The position numbers were made by a program, and so were the translations under genes. The notes beneath the pieces were generated by a model. It searched no databases. It saw only the letters and a program-made list of their open reading frames with translations, and had not been told where the DNA came from. A DNA stretch of 64,000 nt from Desulfovibrionaceae bacterium (GTDB lineage Bacteria > Desulfobacterota > Desulfovibrionia > Desulfovibrionales > Desulfovibrionaceae). Within the stretch, counting starts at the first letter, position 1. Every line of letters begins with the position of its first letter. The stretch covers positions 1,017,804-1,081,803 of the forward strand of contig CAXXKR010000004.1 in NCBI GenBank assembly GCA_963674955.2, given 5' to 3'. Of the stretch, positions 9,811 through 18,382 are shown piece by piece.

Positions 9811-9840
9811 GAGTTTCCCTCCTGCTCTGGGCAAAAAATA

Positions 9841-9856
9841 TGCAACATGCGAGCCA
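9841..9856 (-). promoter_or_regulatory. Sigma-54 (-24/-12) promoter upstream of the flgF-flgG-flgA-flgH-flgI-flgJ operon
   Basis: The minus strand reads TGGCTCGCATGTTGCA, one mismatch to TGGCACG-N4-TTGCA. It ends about 30 nt upstream of the flgF ATG at 9810. Confidence 0.7.
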
Positions 9857-10166
9857 ACCAAAAAACGCCGGACATATTTCATGGACGACCGAAAAACAGG
9901 CAGAACCGCCCGTTGACAAAAAAAAGATAGGTCTTATTGTATTATTAGCCTGGGACGCAGGTTCAGGCTTTCGGCTTAGGGAACCAACAAGAACAGAAGT
10001 GGACAATTAAAACATAAACGTTCCAGCCGAAGACCTGCACGGCGTCGCCGGGCTTCTTCAATGCCTCAGCCCCGCCTGGACGTTTCTTCCGGGCGAATCA
10101 TCCGACCCGACGACATCATTTTCCGCACAATAGGGTTTCCCGGCCCGCGCAGCAGAAAAACAAGAG

Positions 10167-10195
10167 TTGACAACGGCTACAGGTATGTCTAAATA
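10167..10195 (+). promoter_or_regulatory. Sigma-70-type promoter for tRNA-Gly (and possibly the rimP operon)
   Basis: TTGACA (10167-10172), a 17-nt spacer, then TAAATA (10190-10195). The predicted start is a few nt before the tRNA 5' end at 10209. Confidence 0.6.
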
Positions 10196-10208
10196 GTGTC
10201 GTTTCAGA

Positions 10209-10284
10209 GCGGGTGTAGCTCAGTTGGTAGAGTACAAGCTTCCCAAGCTTGGTGTCGCGGGTTCGACCCCCGTCACCCGCTCCA
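10209..10284 (+). tRNA. tRNA-Gly (anticodon CCC), CCA encoded
   Basis: A 76-nt cloverleaf folded by eye. Acceptor stem GCGGGTG/CACCCGC, D arm GCTC-AGTTGGTA-GAGT, anticodon stem CAAGC/GCTTG with loop TTCCCAA, T arm GCGGG-TTCGACC-CCCGT, and a terminal TCCA. Confidence 0.9.
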
Positions 10285-10329
10285 AGGCCTATTTTGGTAC
10301 AACCGCCTGTTTGTTTCGCTTTAAAGCCG

Positions 10330-10356
10330 GGTGGGCCTTAGGGCTCACCTTTTTTA
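10330..10356 (+). terminator. Intrinsic terminator/attenuator hairpin after tRNA-Gly, abutting the rimP start
   Basis: GGTGGGCC-TTAG-GGCTCACC (8 bp including one G-U pair) followed by TTTTTTATT. It ends 11 nt before the rimP ATG. Confidence 0.65.
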
Positions 10357-10367
10357 TTGGTGTTTGC

Positions 10368-10829
10368 ATGGCACGAAACGATTTGGAAAAACGGCTTCAC
10401 GAGCTGATCGACCCAGTGGTGGAATCATTTGGCCTGGATTTGTGGGGATTCACCATCGGGCAGGCGGGACACAGGCGGGTGCTCAAGATATACGTCGATT
10501 CCCCCAACGGGGTTAACATCGACCAGTGCGCACAGGTGAGCAGGCACGTGGGCCTGAACATTGAAGTCGAGGACGCAATTCCCGGGGCCTACACCCTGGA
10601 AGTGTCCTCGCCGGGGCTGGAAAGAGTTTTCTTTTCCCCTTTGCAGATGCACGCTTACATTGGCCGCGAAATAGATGTAAAACTTCATGAGGCCCTGAAC
10701 GAACGAAAGAGCTTTCACGGCACCATAACAAGCGCGGCGGACGATTCCTTCACCCTTGATGAAAACGGAGAAAGAATCGAATTCGACTGGCAACTGATCA
10801 AACGCGCCAAGCTTGTGCATAATTTTTAA
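10368..10829 (+). CDS. rimP: Ribosome maturation factor RimP
   Basis: The motifs LIDPVVESFGLDLWGF, RVLKIYVDSPNGVNIDQCAQVSRHV and LEVSSPGLERVF match the RimP family. The start is set at ATG 10368 because the track ORF (10224) overlaps the tRNA gene. Confidence 0.85.
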   Translation: MARNDLEKRLHELIDPVVESFGLDLWGFTIGQAGHRRVLKIYVDSPNGVNIDQCAQVSRHVGLNIEVEDAIPGAYTLEVSSPGLERVFFSPLQMHAYIGREIDVKLHEALNERKSFHGTITSAADDSFTLDENGERIEFDWQLIKRAKLVHNF

Positions 10830-10854
10830 AAACAACTGATCAAGAGGACTGAAA

Positions 10855-12234
10855 ATGTCTGAACTAAAAAAAGCAATCGATCAGATCAGCAAGGACAGAG
10901 GGATCGACCGCGATCTGCTCATCGACACGCTTGAAGAGGCCGTGCGCTCTTCCGTGGCCCGCAAATACGGCGAGGACATGGATATCGAGGTCAACTTCAA
11001 CGAAGAGACCGGCGAAATCGACGTTTACCAATTCAAGGTCGTGGTCAAAGAGATCACGGACGACGTAAGCGAGATTCAACTGGAGGAAGCCAGGACCCAT
11101 GATCCGGCCGTACAGCTGGACGACGAGATGGGCTTCAAGCTGAACATTGAAGATTTGGGAAGAATCGCCGCCCAGTCCGCAAAACAGGTCATCATCCAGC
11201 GCATGCGCGACGCAGAGCAGGAAATCATATACGAGGAATACAAGGACCGGATAGGAGAAATCGTGTCCGGCATCATCCAGCGTCGGGACCGCACCGGCTG
11301 GATCATAAATATGGGGCGCACCGAAGCCCTGCTTCCCAAGGACGAACAGATCCCCCGCGAAAGGTACAAACGGGGCGACAGGGTCCAGGCCTACATCATC
11401 GACGTTCAGAAAGAATCCCGCGGCCCGCAGGTCCTTGTCTCCAGGTCGCATCCCGACTACATGGCCACCCTGTTCGACCGCGAGGTGCCCGAAGTGTCGG
11501 ACGGCACCGTCAAGATCATGGGCGTGGCTCGCGATCCTGGCCTCAGGGCCAAGGTGGCTGTCCAGTCCAGGGACAGGGATGTGGACCCGGTTGGCGCCTG
11601 CGTCGGCATCAGGGGGTCGCGCATTCAAAACGTGGTGCAGGAACTCAAGGGCGAACGCATAGACATCGTGGTCTGGAGTCCGGACATCGCCATGTACGCC
11701 CAGCACGCCCTCTCCCCCGCAGTTGTGACCCGCATAACAGTGGACGAGGAAGAGAACATGCTGGAAGTGATCGTGCCCGACGATCAGCTTACCCTGGCCA
11801 TTGGCCGCAAGGGACAGAACGTGAAGCTGGCCTCCAAGCTTCTGGGCTGGAAAATAGACATCTTTACCGAAAGCCGTTACGGCGAACTTAATGCCGCCAG
11901 GCAAGGCCTGGACCAGGTGGCCAGCGTTGCCGAGGTCAACATGGGCAACTTCATTTCGGCCGGATTTGAAACCCTCGAATCCCTGACCAAGGCCACCAAC
12001 GAAGAGCTGCTCGCGGTGGAAGGCCTGACCGAATCGAAAATCTCGGACCTGCGCGCAGCCATCAATCTGCTGGGCATTCCCACGGAAACCGAGCCGACGG
12101 AAGAAGAGGCTGAGATCGAGGCCAATACCGAAGTGGAGACAGAGGCTGAAGAAGCCGCGGTCGAGGAAAAAGAAGAAAAACAGGCTGAAACTTCCGAGGC
12201 TTCCCAAGAGGAGTCCGAGGACAAGGCCGAGTAA
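10855..12234 (+). CDS. nusA: Transcription termination/antitermination factor NusA
   Basis: Canonical NusA N-terminal, S1 and KH domains are present (GRTEALLPKDEQIPRERYKRGDRVQAYI, DPVGACVGIRGSRIQNVVQELKGERIDIV, AIGRKGQNVKLASKLLGWKIDI). It has an acidic C-terminal tail. Confidence 0.95.
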   Translation: MSELKKAIDQISKDRGIDRDLLIDTLEEAVRSSVARKYGEDMDIEVNFNEETGEIDVYQFKVVVKEITDDVSEIQLEEARTHDPAVQLDDEMGFKLNIEDLGRIAAQSAKQVIIQRMRDAEQEIIYEEYKDRIGEIVSGIIQRRDRTGWIINMGRTEALLPKDEQIPRERYKRGDRVQAYIIDVQKESRGPQVLVSRSHPDYMATLFDREVPEVSDGTVKIMGVARDPGLRAKVAVQSRDRDVDPVGACVGIRGSRIQNVVQELKGERIDIVVWSPDIAMYAQHALSPAVVTRITVDEEENMLEVIVPDDQLTLAIGRKGQNVKLASKLLGWKIDIFTESRYGELNAARQGLDQVASVAEVNMGNFISAGFETLESLTKATNEELLAVEGLTESKISDLRAAINLLGIPTETEPTEEEAEIEANTEVETEAEEAAVEEKEEKQAETSEASQEESEDKAE

Positions 12235-12240
12235 ATTATA

Positions 12241-12471
12241 TTGAAAGAAAAGGGTAAGGCCGACCTCGGCCCCATCCGGATGTGCGCGATCTGCCGCAAA
12301 CGGTTCCCCAAGAGGGAACTCATGCGCTTCGCCTGCCGGGACAATGGGACCAGGCTGATCCCTGATCCTGAGCAGAAATTGTCTGGTCGGGGTAAATATG
12401 TATGTTCCCAGGCTAAATGCCGGGAAAAATTTCAAAGCGCTACGGGGCTGCGGAATATTCAAGGGGGATAA
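12241..12471 (+). CDS. YlxR/DUF448 family RNA-binding protein
   Basis: IRMCAICRKRFPKRELMRF is the YlxR signature. It occupies the conserved position between nusA and infB. The start appears to be TTG; an alternative ATG lies at 12280. Confidence 0.75.
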   Translation: MKEKGKADLGPIRMCAICRKRFPKRELMRFACRDNGTRLIPDPEQKLSGRGKYVCSQAKCREKFQSATGLRNIQGG

Positions 12472-12474
12472 TTA

Positions 12475-15270
12475 ATGTCCACAAAGGTCAGAGTCAAAGA
12501 CCTTGCTGCCCAATTCGGAGTCAGCAACAAAGATATTATTCAGCATCTTCGGGAAGTCGAGGTTCAAGTGAAAAGTCACATGAGCAGTATCGAGCCTGAA
12601 GACGTTGAAAAGCTCAAAACCGTGTTGAAGAACCCCGACCAGAAGACTTCGCAGGTTGTCAGCCGCGAAGTCGAGCCCGGCATCATTGTCAGGCGCAGAA
12701 AGGCCCGCCCCAAAGCGGCCGAGACGGCAGACGAGCAGGAAGAGGCCCTGGCCGACGAGAGCAAGGAAGAAACGCCTGTCGAGGCCAAGGAACCCGTAGT
12801 CGATAAAGCCGAGGAAGAGGCAGCCCCCGCCAAAAAATCCCCGGCCAAGAAAACCAAGAAGGCAGCCCCCAGGAAAGAACAAGTCGCCAGGATCATCCAA
12901 AGACCGAAGTCGGAGGAGGAACCTGTAGAAATTTCAGAGGTAAAAACCGAGGAGGAGGTTGCCGAAAAGCCCGAAACCACGGTGCCGCCGACGCAAGAGG
13001 TCGAGACCCAGGAGCTGAAGCCCGCCGACGCACAGGCTGAAGATGCGGCCAAGGCCGCGGCGCCTGTCGAGGACGCCCCGATAAGCGACGAGACCCCCGC
13101 GCAGACCGTTGCGGAAGAAGTCTCGGACAGGCAGTCCAAAAAGGTCAAGAAAAAGAGAAGGACTGCTGCCCCTGAACCCCAGGTACGCGTTATTTCCCGT
13201 CCCGACCCCAGCCAGGTCAAACCTACGGAGCCCAAGAGTCCGTCCCGTCCGAGCGTAGGCAGAAAAAGCCGTCCGGCCCCCTCCTCCGCTCCGACCGAAC
13301 CGGGAGGCGTGGACCCGGCCGATGGCCGCAAGCGCAAAAAACGCGTTGTGGAATTCACTCATGACAAAAAGGAACAGGGCTGGAAAAAAGGCAAAAAGCA
13401 GGACGGCGGGTCCCAGGATAAATTTATAGGCGCAGGCAAGGGGCGCCGGAAAAAGGGCAGACAGCCCGCAATCCACACTCCCGAACCTTCGGGGACGCAG
13501 CCCCTCAAGGCTGCCAAGCGCAAGATCAGGATCGACGAGGCCATCCGCTTGAGCGACATGGCCAAACAGATGGGCGTCAAGGCCCAGGAACTGATCAAGG
13601 CCCTGTTTGGTCTCGGCGTCATGGCCACCATCAACCAGTCACTTGATCTTGATACGGCGACTCTGGTCGCCTCCGAGTTCGGCTATGAGGTTGAGAATGT
13701 CACTTTCGACGAGCAGGAATTCCTCATTCCCGTGGAAAAGGACAAGCCCGAAGAACTGAAGCCCAGGCCGCCCATCGTGACCATCATGGGCCACGTCGAC
13801 CACGGCAAGACATCCCTGTTGGACGCCATCCGCAAGACCCACGTCACCGACGGCGAGGCCGGCGGCATAACCCAGCATATCGGAGCGTACCACGTCACCA
13901 CGAAACGCGGCGACATCGTCTTTCTGGACACTCCGGGCCACGAGGCCTTTACAACTATGCGCGCCAGGGGCGCCCAGGTGACAGACATCGTCATCCTGGT
14001 CGTGGCCGCCGACGACGGCGTCATGGACCAGACCCGCGAAGCCATCAACCACTCCAGGGCCGCAGGCGTGCCCATTGTCGTGGCCGTGAACAAGATCGAC
14101 AAGGAAGGGGCCAACCCGGACAACGTGAAACGGGAACTGGCCGAGCACGGCCTTGCTCCGGAAGACTGGGGCGGGGACACCATCTTTGCCAACGTTTCCG
14201 CGAAAAAGGGAACCGGCCTTGACGAATTGCTGGAACTTGTCCAGCTCCAGGCGGAAGTCATGGAACTCTCGGCCAACCCGGACAAGCCCGCCAGAGGCCA
14301 CATAGTCGAGGCGCGGCTGGACAAGGGACGCGGACCAGTGGGCACAATGCTCATGGCCGAGGGCACCTTGAAACAGGGCGACGCATTCGTCTGCGGCGTG
14401 CATTTCGGCAAGGTCCGGGCCATGTTCACGGACCAGGGGCAGAAGACGCACAAGGTCGGGCCTGCCATTCCCGTTGAAATCCAGGGCTTTGACGGACTGC
14501 CGGAAGCCGGTGACGAGTTCGTTGTCGTGGCCGACGACAAGGTCGCGAGGCGCATCGCCCAGACCAGGATGTCCAAACAACGCGAAAAGGAACTGGCCGG
14601 CAAGACCAAGGTCACCCTCGAGTCCTTCCTGGCCTCCAGGCCGGATCAGGAGGCGCAGTCCCTCAATCTGGTCATCAAGGCCGATGTGCAGGGTTCCCTT
14701 GAGGCCGTGAACGAGGCATTGCAAAAGCTCAGCACCGACGAAATCAAGATCGAGGTCGTGCACGGCGCCACAGGAGCGATCACTGAATCGGACATCCTGC
14801 TCGCTTCCGCCTCCCAGGCCATCATACTTGGATTCAACGTGCGTCCGGAAGCACGGATCAAGGACATCGCGGAAACCGAAAAGGTGGAGATCAGGTTCTA
14901 CGACATCATTTACAAGCTGGTTGCCGAGATCAAGGCGGCCATGTCCGGAATGCTCGCACCGGACATCGAAGAGGTCTACCTCGGACAGGCCGAGGTGCGC
15001 GACACCTTCAGCGTTTCCAAGATCGGGACCATCGCCGGCTGCTTCGTGGTGGACGGAAAGCTGTCCAGAAACGCCCAAATTCGCCTGTTGCGCGACGGTG
15101 CGGTCATCTATACCGGCAGCCTGGCTTCCCTCAAGAGATTCAAGGACGACGCCAAGGAAGTGGCCAAGGGCTACGAATGCGGCGCCAGCCTGGAGCGTTT
15201 CAACGACATCAAGGTCGGCGACCTCATCGAAGCATTTGAGGAAAAAGAGGTGGCCCGCACCCTGGACTAA
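12475..15270 (+). CDS. infB: Translation initiation factor IF-2
   Basis: It has a GTPase domain ([29 protein letters not shown]), conserved C-terminal domains, and a long low-complexity K/E/P/A-rich N-terminal region. Confidence 0.95.
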   Translation: MSTKVRVKDLAAQFGVSNKDIIQHLREVEVQVKSHMSSIEPEDVEKLKTVLKNPDQKTSQVVSREVEPGIIVRRRKARPKAAETADEQEEALADESKEETPVEAKEPVVDKAEEEAAPAKKSPAKKTKKAAPRKEQVARIIQRPKSEEEPVEISEVKTEEEVAEKPETTVPPTQEVETQELKPADAQAEDAAKAAAPVEDAPISDETPAQTVAEEVSDRQSKKVKKKRRTAAPEPQVRVISRPDPSQVKPTEPKSPSRPSVGRKSRPAPSSAPTEPGGVDPADGRKRKKRVVEFTHDKKEQGWKKGKKQDGGSQDKFIGAGKGRRKKGRQPAIHTPEPSGTQPLKAAKRKIRIDEAIRLSDMAKQMGVKAQELIKALFGLGVMATINQSLDLDTATLVASEFGYEVENVTFDEQEFLIPVEKDKPEELKPRPPIVTIMGHVDHGKTSLLDAIRKTHVTDGEAGGITQHIGAYHVTTKRGDIVFLDTPGHEAFTTMRARGAQVTDIVILVVAADDGVMDQTREAINHSRAAGVPIVVAVNKIDKEGANPDNVKRELAEHGLAPEDWGGDTIFANVSAKKGTGLDELLELVQLQAEVMELSANPDKPARGHIVEARLDKGRGPVGTMLMAEGTLKQGDAFVCGVHFGKVRAMFTDQGQKTHKVGPAIPVEIQGFDGLPEAGDEFVVVADDKVARRIAQTRMSKQREKELAGKTKVTLESFLASRPDQEAQSLNLVIKADVQGSLEAVNEALQKLSTDEIKIEVVHGATGAITESDILLASASQAIILGFNVRPEARIKDIAETEKVEIRFYDIIYKLVAEIKAAMSGMLAPDIEEVYLGQAEVRDTFSVSKIGTIAGCFVVDGKLSRNAQIRLLRDGAVIYTGSLASLKRFKDDAKEVAKGYECGASLERFNDIKVGDLIEAFEEKEVARTLD

Positions 15271-15312
15271 CCCTTTGGGGGCGTCCAACTGTTGTGAGGC
15301 AGCGGTCAAGGC

Positions 15313-15618
15313 ATGATAATCGGCGTATTGAACCTGGAATTTCACCTGCACGGCAACAGCTCCCTCAAGGGCAAGCGCAAGGTGGCGTCGAGCCTCAAGC
15401 AGAAGCTCAGAAACAAGTTCAACGTGGCCGTGGCCGAGACCAGCCACCAGGACGTGCATGAAAAGCTTGTTCTGGGCGTGGTCACCCTTGGCAACGAAAC
15501 CGCCATTGTGGAAAGCAGGCTGGCCAAGGCCCTGGCAATGGTCGAAGCCATATCCCCAGCGGAGTTGACCAATTGCGGGACTGAAATTTTTTCCAGCCGG
15601 GAGGCTGAAACCCGATGA
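15313..15618 (+). CDS. DUF503 (YlxP-like) protein
   Basis: The sequence MIIGVLNLEFHLHGNSSLKGKRKVASSLKQKLRNKFNVAVAE is typical of DUF503. It occupies the conserved slot between infB and rbfA. Confidence 0.75.
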   Translation: MIIGVLNLEFHLHGNSSLKGKRKVASSLKQKLRNKFNVAVAETSHQDVHEKLVLGVVTLGNETAIVESRLAKALAMVEAISPAELTNCGTEIFSSREAETR

Positions 15619-15974
15619 AAATATCAAGCGGCAGGAGAGCCAGCCGTCTCGGCGACCAGATCATGCGCGAGTTGGCCAACATGCTCCTGGAGGAAAGCCA
15701 GGACCCCAGACTGGCCTTCGTCACCCTCAGCGGGGTGCGCATGAACAGCAATCTGCGCGTGGCCGAAATCCTGTTCACCCTGTCCGGCGGAGAAGAAAAC
15801 CTGAAGGACGCGGAAGTCGCCCTTGAAAAGGCCAAGGGATTCTTGCGCTCCGGACTCGGCAAACGGCTGAAACTAAGATACTTGCCGGAACTGCGTTTCG
15901 TACACGACAGATTTCTCGAGGATATGATTTATGGCAAGCCCTGTCCGGGAAATAGCCCGGATAATCAAGAATAA
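15615..15974 (+). CDS. rbfA: Ribosome-binding factor A
   Basis: RASRLGDQIMRELANMLLEESQDPRL..VTLSGVRMNSNLRVAEILF and LRYLPELRFVHD match RbfA. Its start overlaps the upstream stop by 4 nt. Confidence 0.9.
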   Translation: MKISSGRRASRLGDQIMRELANMLLEESQDPRLAFVTLSGVRMNSNLRVAEILFTLSGGEENLKDAEVALEKAKGFLRSGLGKRLKLRYLPELRFVHDRFLEDMIYGKPCPGNSPDNQE

Positions 15975-16899
15975 CGACGGATTTCTGATTGCGTCCCACT
16001 ACAACCCGGACGGCGACGCCATCGGCTCCACTGTTGCCCTTGGATTCATACTCAAGGCATTGGGCAAGAAATTCATCATGTACAATCCTTCGGGCCTGCC
16101 TGAACGTTTCAATTGGGTGGACATGCCCGGCCCCTTTCTGGATGTCCTGCCGGACGAGCCTCCGCAATGGACCTTCGTGCTGGACTGCGGCAACGCCGAA
16201 AGGTCCGGCTCGGCCCTTGTGAATTTCATGGAAGGACTAAACGTCGTGAACATTGACCATCATGTGAGCAATCCCGAATTCGGGACAGTGAACTGGGTGG
16301 ACATGAAACAGCCCTCCGTGGGGTCCATGATCGCGCAACTGGCCAGGGAACTGGACATCCCCCTTTCCGAAGGCCTTGGCGAAGCCGTTTATCTCGCGCT
16401 GGCCACGGACACCGGGTTCTTCACATACGGCTCGACCACAGCCGAATCCCACGATCTTGCGGCTGAGATCCTGCGCCTGGGCCTCGAACCCGGCCCCATC
16501 AGCGCCAAGATCACCAACCAGTGGTCATTGAACCGCATGCGCCTCTGGCACAGGGCCATCGGCAAATTGGAGCTGCACCACGACAAGCTTACCGGACTGG
16601 TCTGCATCACCAAAGAGGATTTCACCAAGACCGGTGCGGCCATCCCGGACACCGAAGGATTGATCAACATCGTCCGCAGGTTGAGGGGCATTAGAATTTC
16701 AGCCATACTCAGGGAAAACGGGGCCGGGGTTTACAAATTCAGCCTGCGTTCCCACGGCAAGGACAACGTCCAGGCCATAGCGGCGACTTTCGGCGGCGGC
16801 GGACACATAAACGCCGCAGGCGGCCAGATCAACGCCGACCTGGACTCGGCCAAAAAGCAATTGCTGGCGGCCATTGGCGAAGCCCTGAATCTGGTGTAG
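15931..16899 (+). CDS. nrnA: DHH/DHHA1 phosphoesterase (NrnA-type oligoribonuclease / pAp phosphatase)
   Basis: DHH motifs are present (HYNPDGDAIGS, NIDHHVSN, TDTGFF), along with the DHHA1 GGGH motif (FGGGGHINAAG). Confidence 0.8.
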   Translation: MASPVREIARIIKNNDGFLIASHYNPDGDAIGSTVALGFILKALGKKFIMYNPSGLPERFNWVDMPGPFLDVLPDEPPQWTFVLDCGNAERSGSALVNFMEGLNVVNIDHHVSNPEFGTVNWVDMKQPSVGSMIAQLARELDIPLSEGLGEAVYLALATDTGFFTYGSTTAESHDLAAEILRLGLEPGPISAKITNQWSLNRMRLWHRAIGKLELHHDKLTGLVCITKEDFTKTGAAIPDTEGLINIVRRLRGIRISAILRENGAGVYKFSLRSHGKDNVQAIAATFGGGGHINAAGGQINADLDSAKKQLLAAIGEALNLV

Positions 16900-16903
16900 A
16901 ATA

Positions 16904-17878
16904 ATGGGACGCAAACCGAAACGCAGTCCGCAACAGCTTGACGGCCTGCTGATTCTCGACAAGCCTTCCGGCCCGACTTCCGCCGGTTGCCTGAACGAGA
17001 TCAAGCACAAGCTGAAGCAATACAAGATAGGACACGCCGGAACCCTCGACCCGCTGGCCACGGGAGTGCTCCTGGTTCTGCTGGGCCACGGCACGAAACT
17101 GGCCTCCTACCTGACCGGAAGAGAAAAGACCTACCGGGGCAGGCTCAGGCTGGGACTGACCACGGACACCTACGACAGCCAGGGTGAAACCACCTCCGAG
17201 GCCGAGGTGAAGGCAACGCCCCAAGAGGTCCGTAACCAAATAGTTGCCTGGAAAGACTTGACAGAACAGGAAGTACCCGCCTATTCGGCGGCTAAACATA
17301 ATGGCAAGGCCCTTTACTCTCTCGCGAGAGCGGGGCAGGATGTGCCGGTCAAGACAAAGACCATTGCTCTTTCAAATGTCGAAGTGCTGGATATCGAACT
17401 CCCGATGGCGGAATTCAGGATAACATGCTCCGCAGGCACCTATGTACGTTCCCTGGTCCACAGCTTGGGGAAACGACTGGGATGCGGCGCCATCCTGACC
17501 GAATTGACGCGCGAGAGCAGCCACCCCTTCGGGCTGGATGCCGCGCACCGTCTGGAGGACGTCCTCAATGAGCCGGAAAGGTTCCCGGAAAAGGTCATAC
17601 CTCTTTCGGAAGCCCTACCCCACTGGCCCAAATTCTGCCTGACCGGACCCCTGTCCGGACTGGTCAGAAACGGAGCCTGGCTGCCGGTCAACGAACAAGC
17701 CGGAGAAGCTCTTTCCGGAAAGCCCGGAGACCGGGCGATCTTCAAGAGCGAAGACGGCGTGCCGCTGGCCCTGGTGGAGGCGAAAATGAAGGACGACCAA
17801 CTGAGATGGGCGATTCTTAGAGGCCTGTGGAATAAACAGGCTTCCGCCGATGCGGATAGAAATCCAGCTTCGAAATAA
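16904..17878 (+). CDS. truB: tRNA pseudouridine-55 synthase TruB
   Basis: LDKPSGPTS......KIGHAGTLDPLATGVLLVLLG contains the catalytic-Asp motif. Position after rbfA/nrnA fits. Confidence 0.9.
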   Translation: MGRKPKRSPQQLDGLLILDKPSGPTSAGCLNEIKHKLKQYKIGHAGTLDPLATGVLLVLLGHGTKLASYLTGREKTYRGRLRLGLTTDTYDSQGETTSEAEVKATPQEVRNQIVAWKDLTEQEVPAYSAAKHNGKALYSLARAGQDVPVKTKTIALSNVEVLDIELPMAEFRITCSAGTYVRSLVHSLGKRLGCGAILTELTRESSHPFGLDAAHRLEDVLNEPERFPEKVIPLSEALPHWPKFCLTGPLSGLVRNGAWLPVNEQAGEALSGKPGDRAIFKSEDGVPLALVEAKMKDDQLRWAILRGLWNKQASADADRNPASK

Positions 17879-17908
17879 TGTCCAATCCAACAACAAGGAG
17901 GAACCGCT

Positions 17909-18178
17909 GTGGTAATGGATGCCGCTAAGAAAAGCGAAATCATCGAGAAGTACAAGGCGCACGAAGGCGATACTGGTTCGCCCGAAGTGCAGGTGGCACT
18001 GCTCACCGAACGTATTACCTACCTGACTGACCACTTCAAGGTGCACAAGAAGGATTTTCACTCCCGCACCGGCCTGCTTAAACTCGTAGGCCAGCGCAGA
18101 AAGCTTCTGAACTACCTGAAGAAGAAAGACGTTCAGCGCTATCGCGAACTGATCCAGCAACTGGGTCTGCGCAAGTAG
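17909..18178 (+). CDS. rpsO: 30S ribosomal protein S15
   Basis: [51 protein letters not shown] is canonical S15. An AAGGAGG site sits 9 nt upstream of the GTG start. Confidence 0.95.
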   Translation: MVMDAAKKSEIIEKYKAHEGDTGSPEVQVALLTERITYLTDHFKVHKKDFHSRTGLLKLVGQRRKLLNYLKKKDVQRYRELIQQLGLRK

Positions 18179-18189
18179 CGATGAGAAGT

Positions 18190-18218
18190 CCGGGAAGGGT
18201 CGACGTGACCCTTCCCGG
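18190..18218 (+). terminator. GC-rich hairpin after rpsO (terminator or processing site, no U-tract)
   Basis: CCGGGAAGGGTC-GACGT-GACCCTTCCCGG, a 12-bp perfect stem beginning 12 nt after the rpsO stop. It is followed by CTATTGAC rather than a T-run. Confidence 0.5.
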
Positions 18219-18252
18219 CTATTGACATTCGGCCGCACAGGAGAGTTTGATA

Positions 18253-18325
18253 TTAGCCGGCTGCGTCAGGTGTTTTTGCGAATTATTGACGACAAATCGC
18301 AAAAGCCCTTGCCAGAGCCGACTAA
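18253..18325 (+). promoter_or_regulatory. Nested stem-loop in the pnp 5' leader
   Basis: The outer stem pairs TTAGCCGGCT (18253-18262) with AGCCGACTAA (18316-18325), 10 bp with 1 mismatch. It encloses an 8-bp hairpin, TTTTGCGA (18274-18281) with TCGCAAAA (18297-18304). Confidence 0.35.
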
Positions 18326-18382
18326 GATTCCTGGGGCGTAGCGCCGAGTTCACCCCAACACCGCAAATACGCGGAGGAAATT

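Noticed and set aside
10224-10367. An N-terminal extension of the rimP ORF, as listed in the ORF track.
   Set aside because: The extension overlaps the tRNA-Gly gene and its terminator. Conserved RimP sequence begins at the ATG at 10368.
10864-12462. A 532-aa minus-strand ORF opposite nusA. Similar long antisense ORFs occur at 13639-15627, 19418-20716, 22388-23992, 30484-31650, 32103-33419, 40699-41952, 45606-46670 and 50831-52246.
   Set aside because: These are shadow ORFs, typical of GC-rich DNA. Each lies antisense to a gene with unmistakable conserved motifs. Their translations are low-complexity (Gly/Arg/Ala/His-rich) with no recognisable domains.
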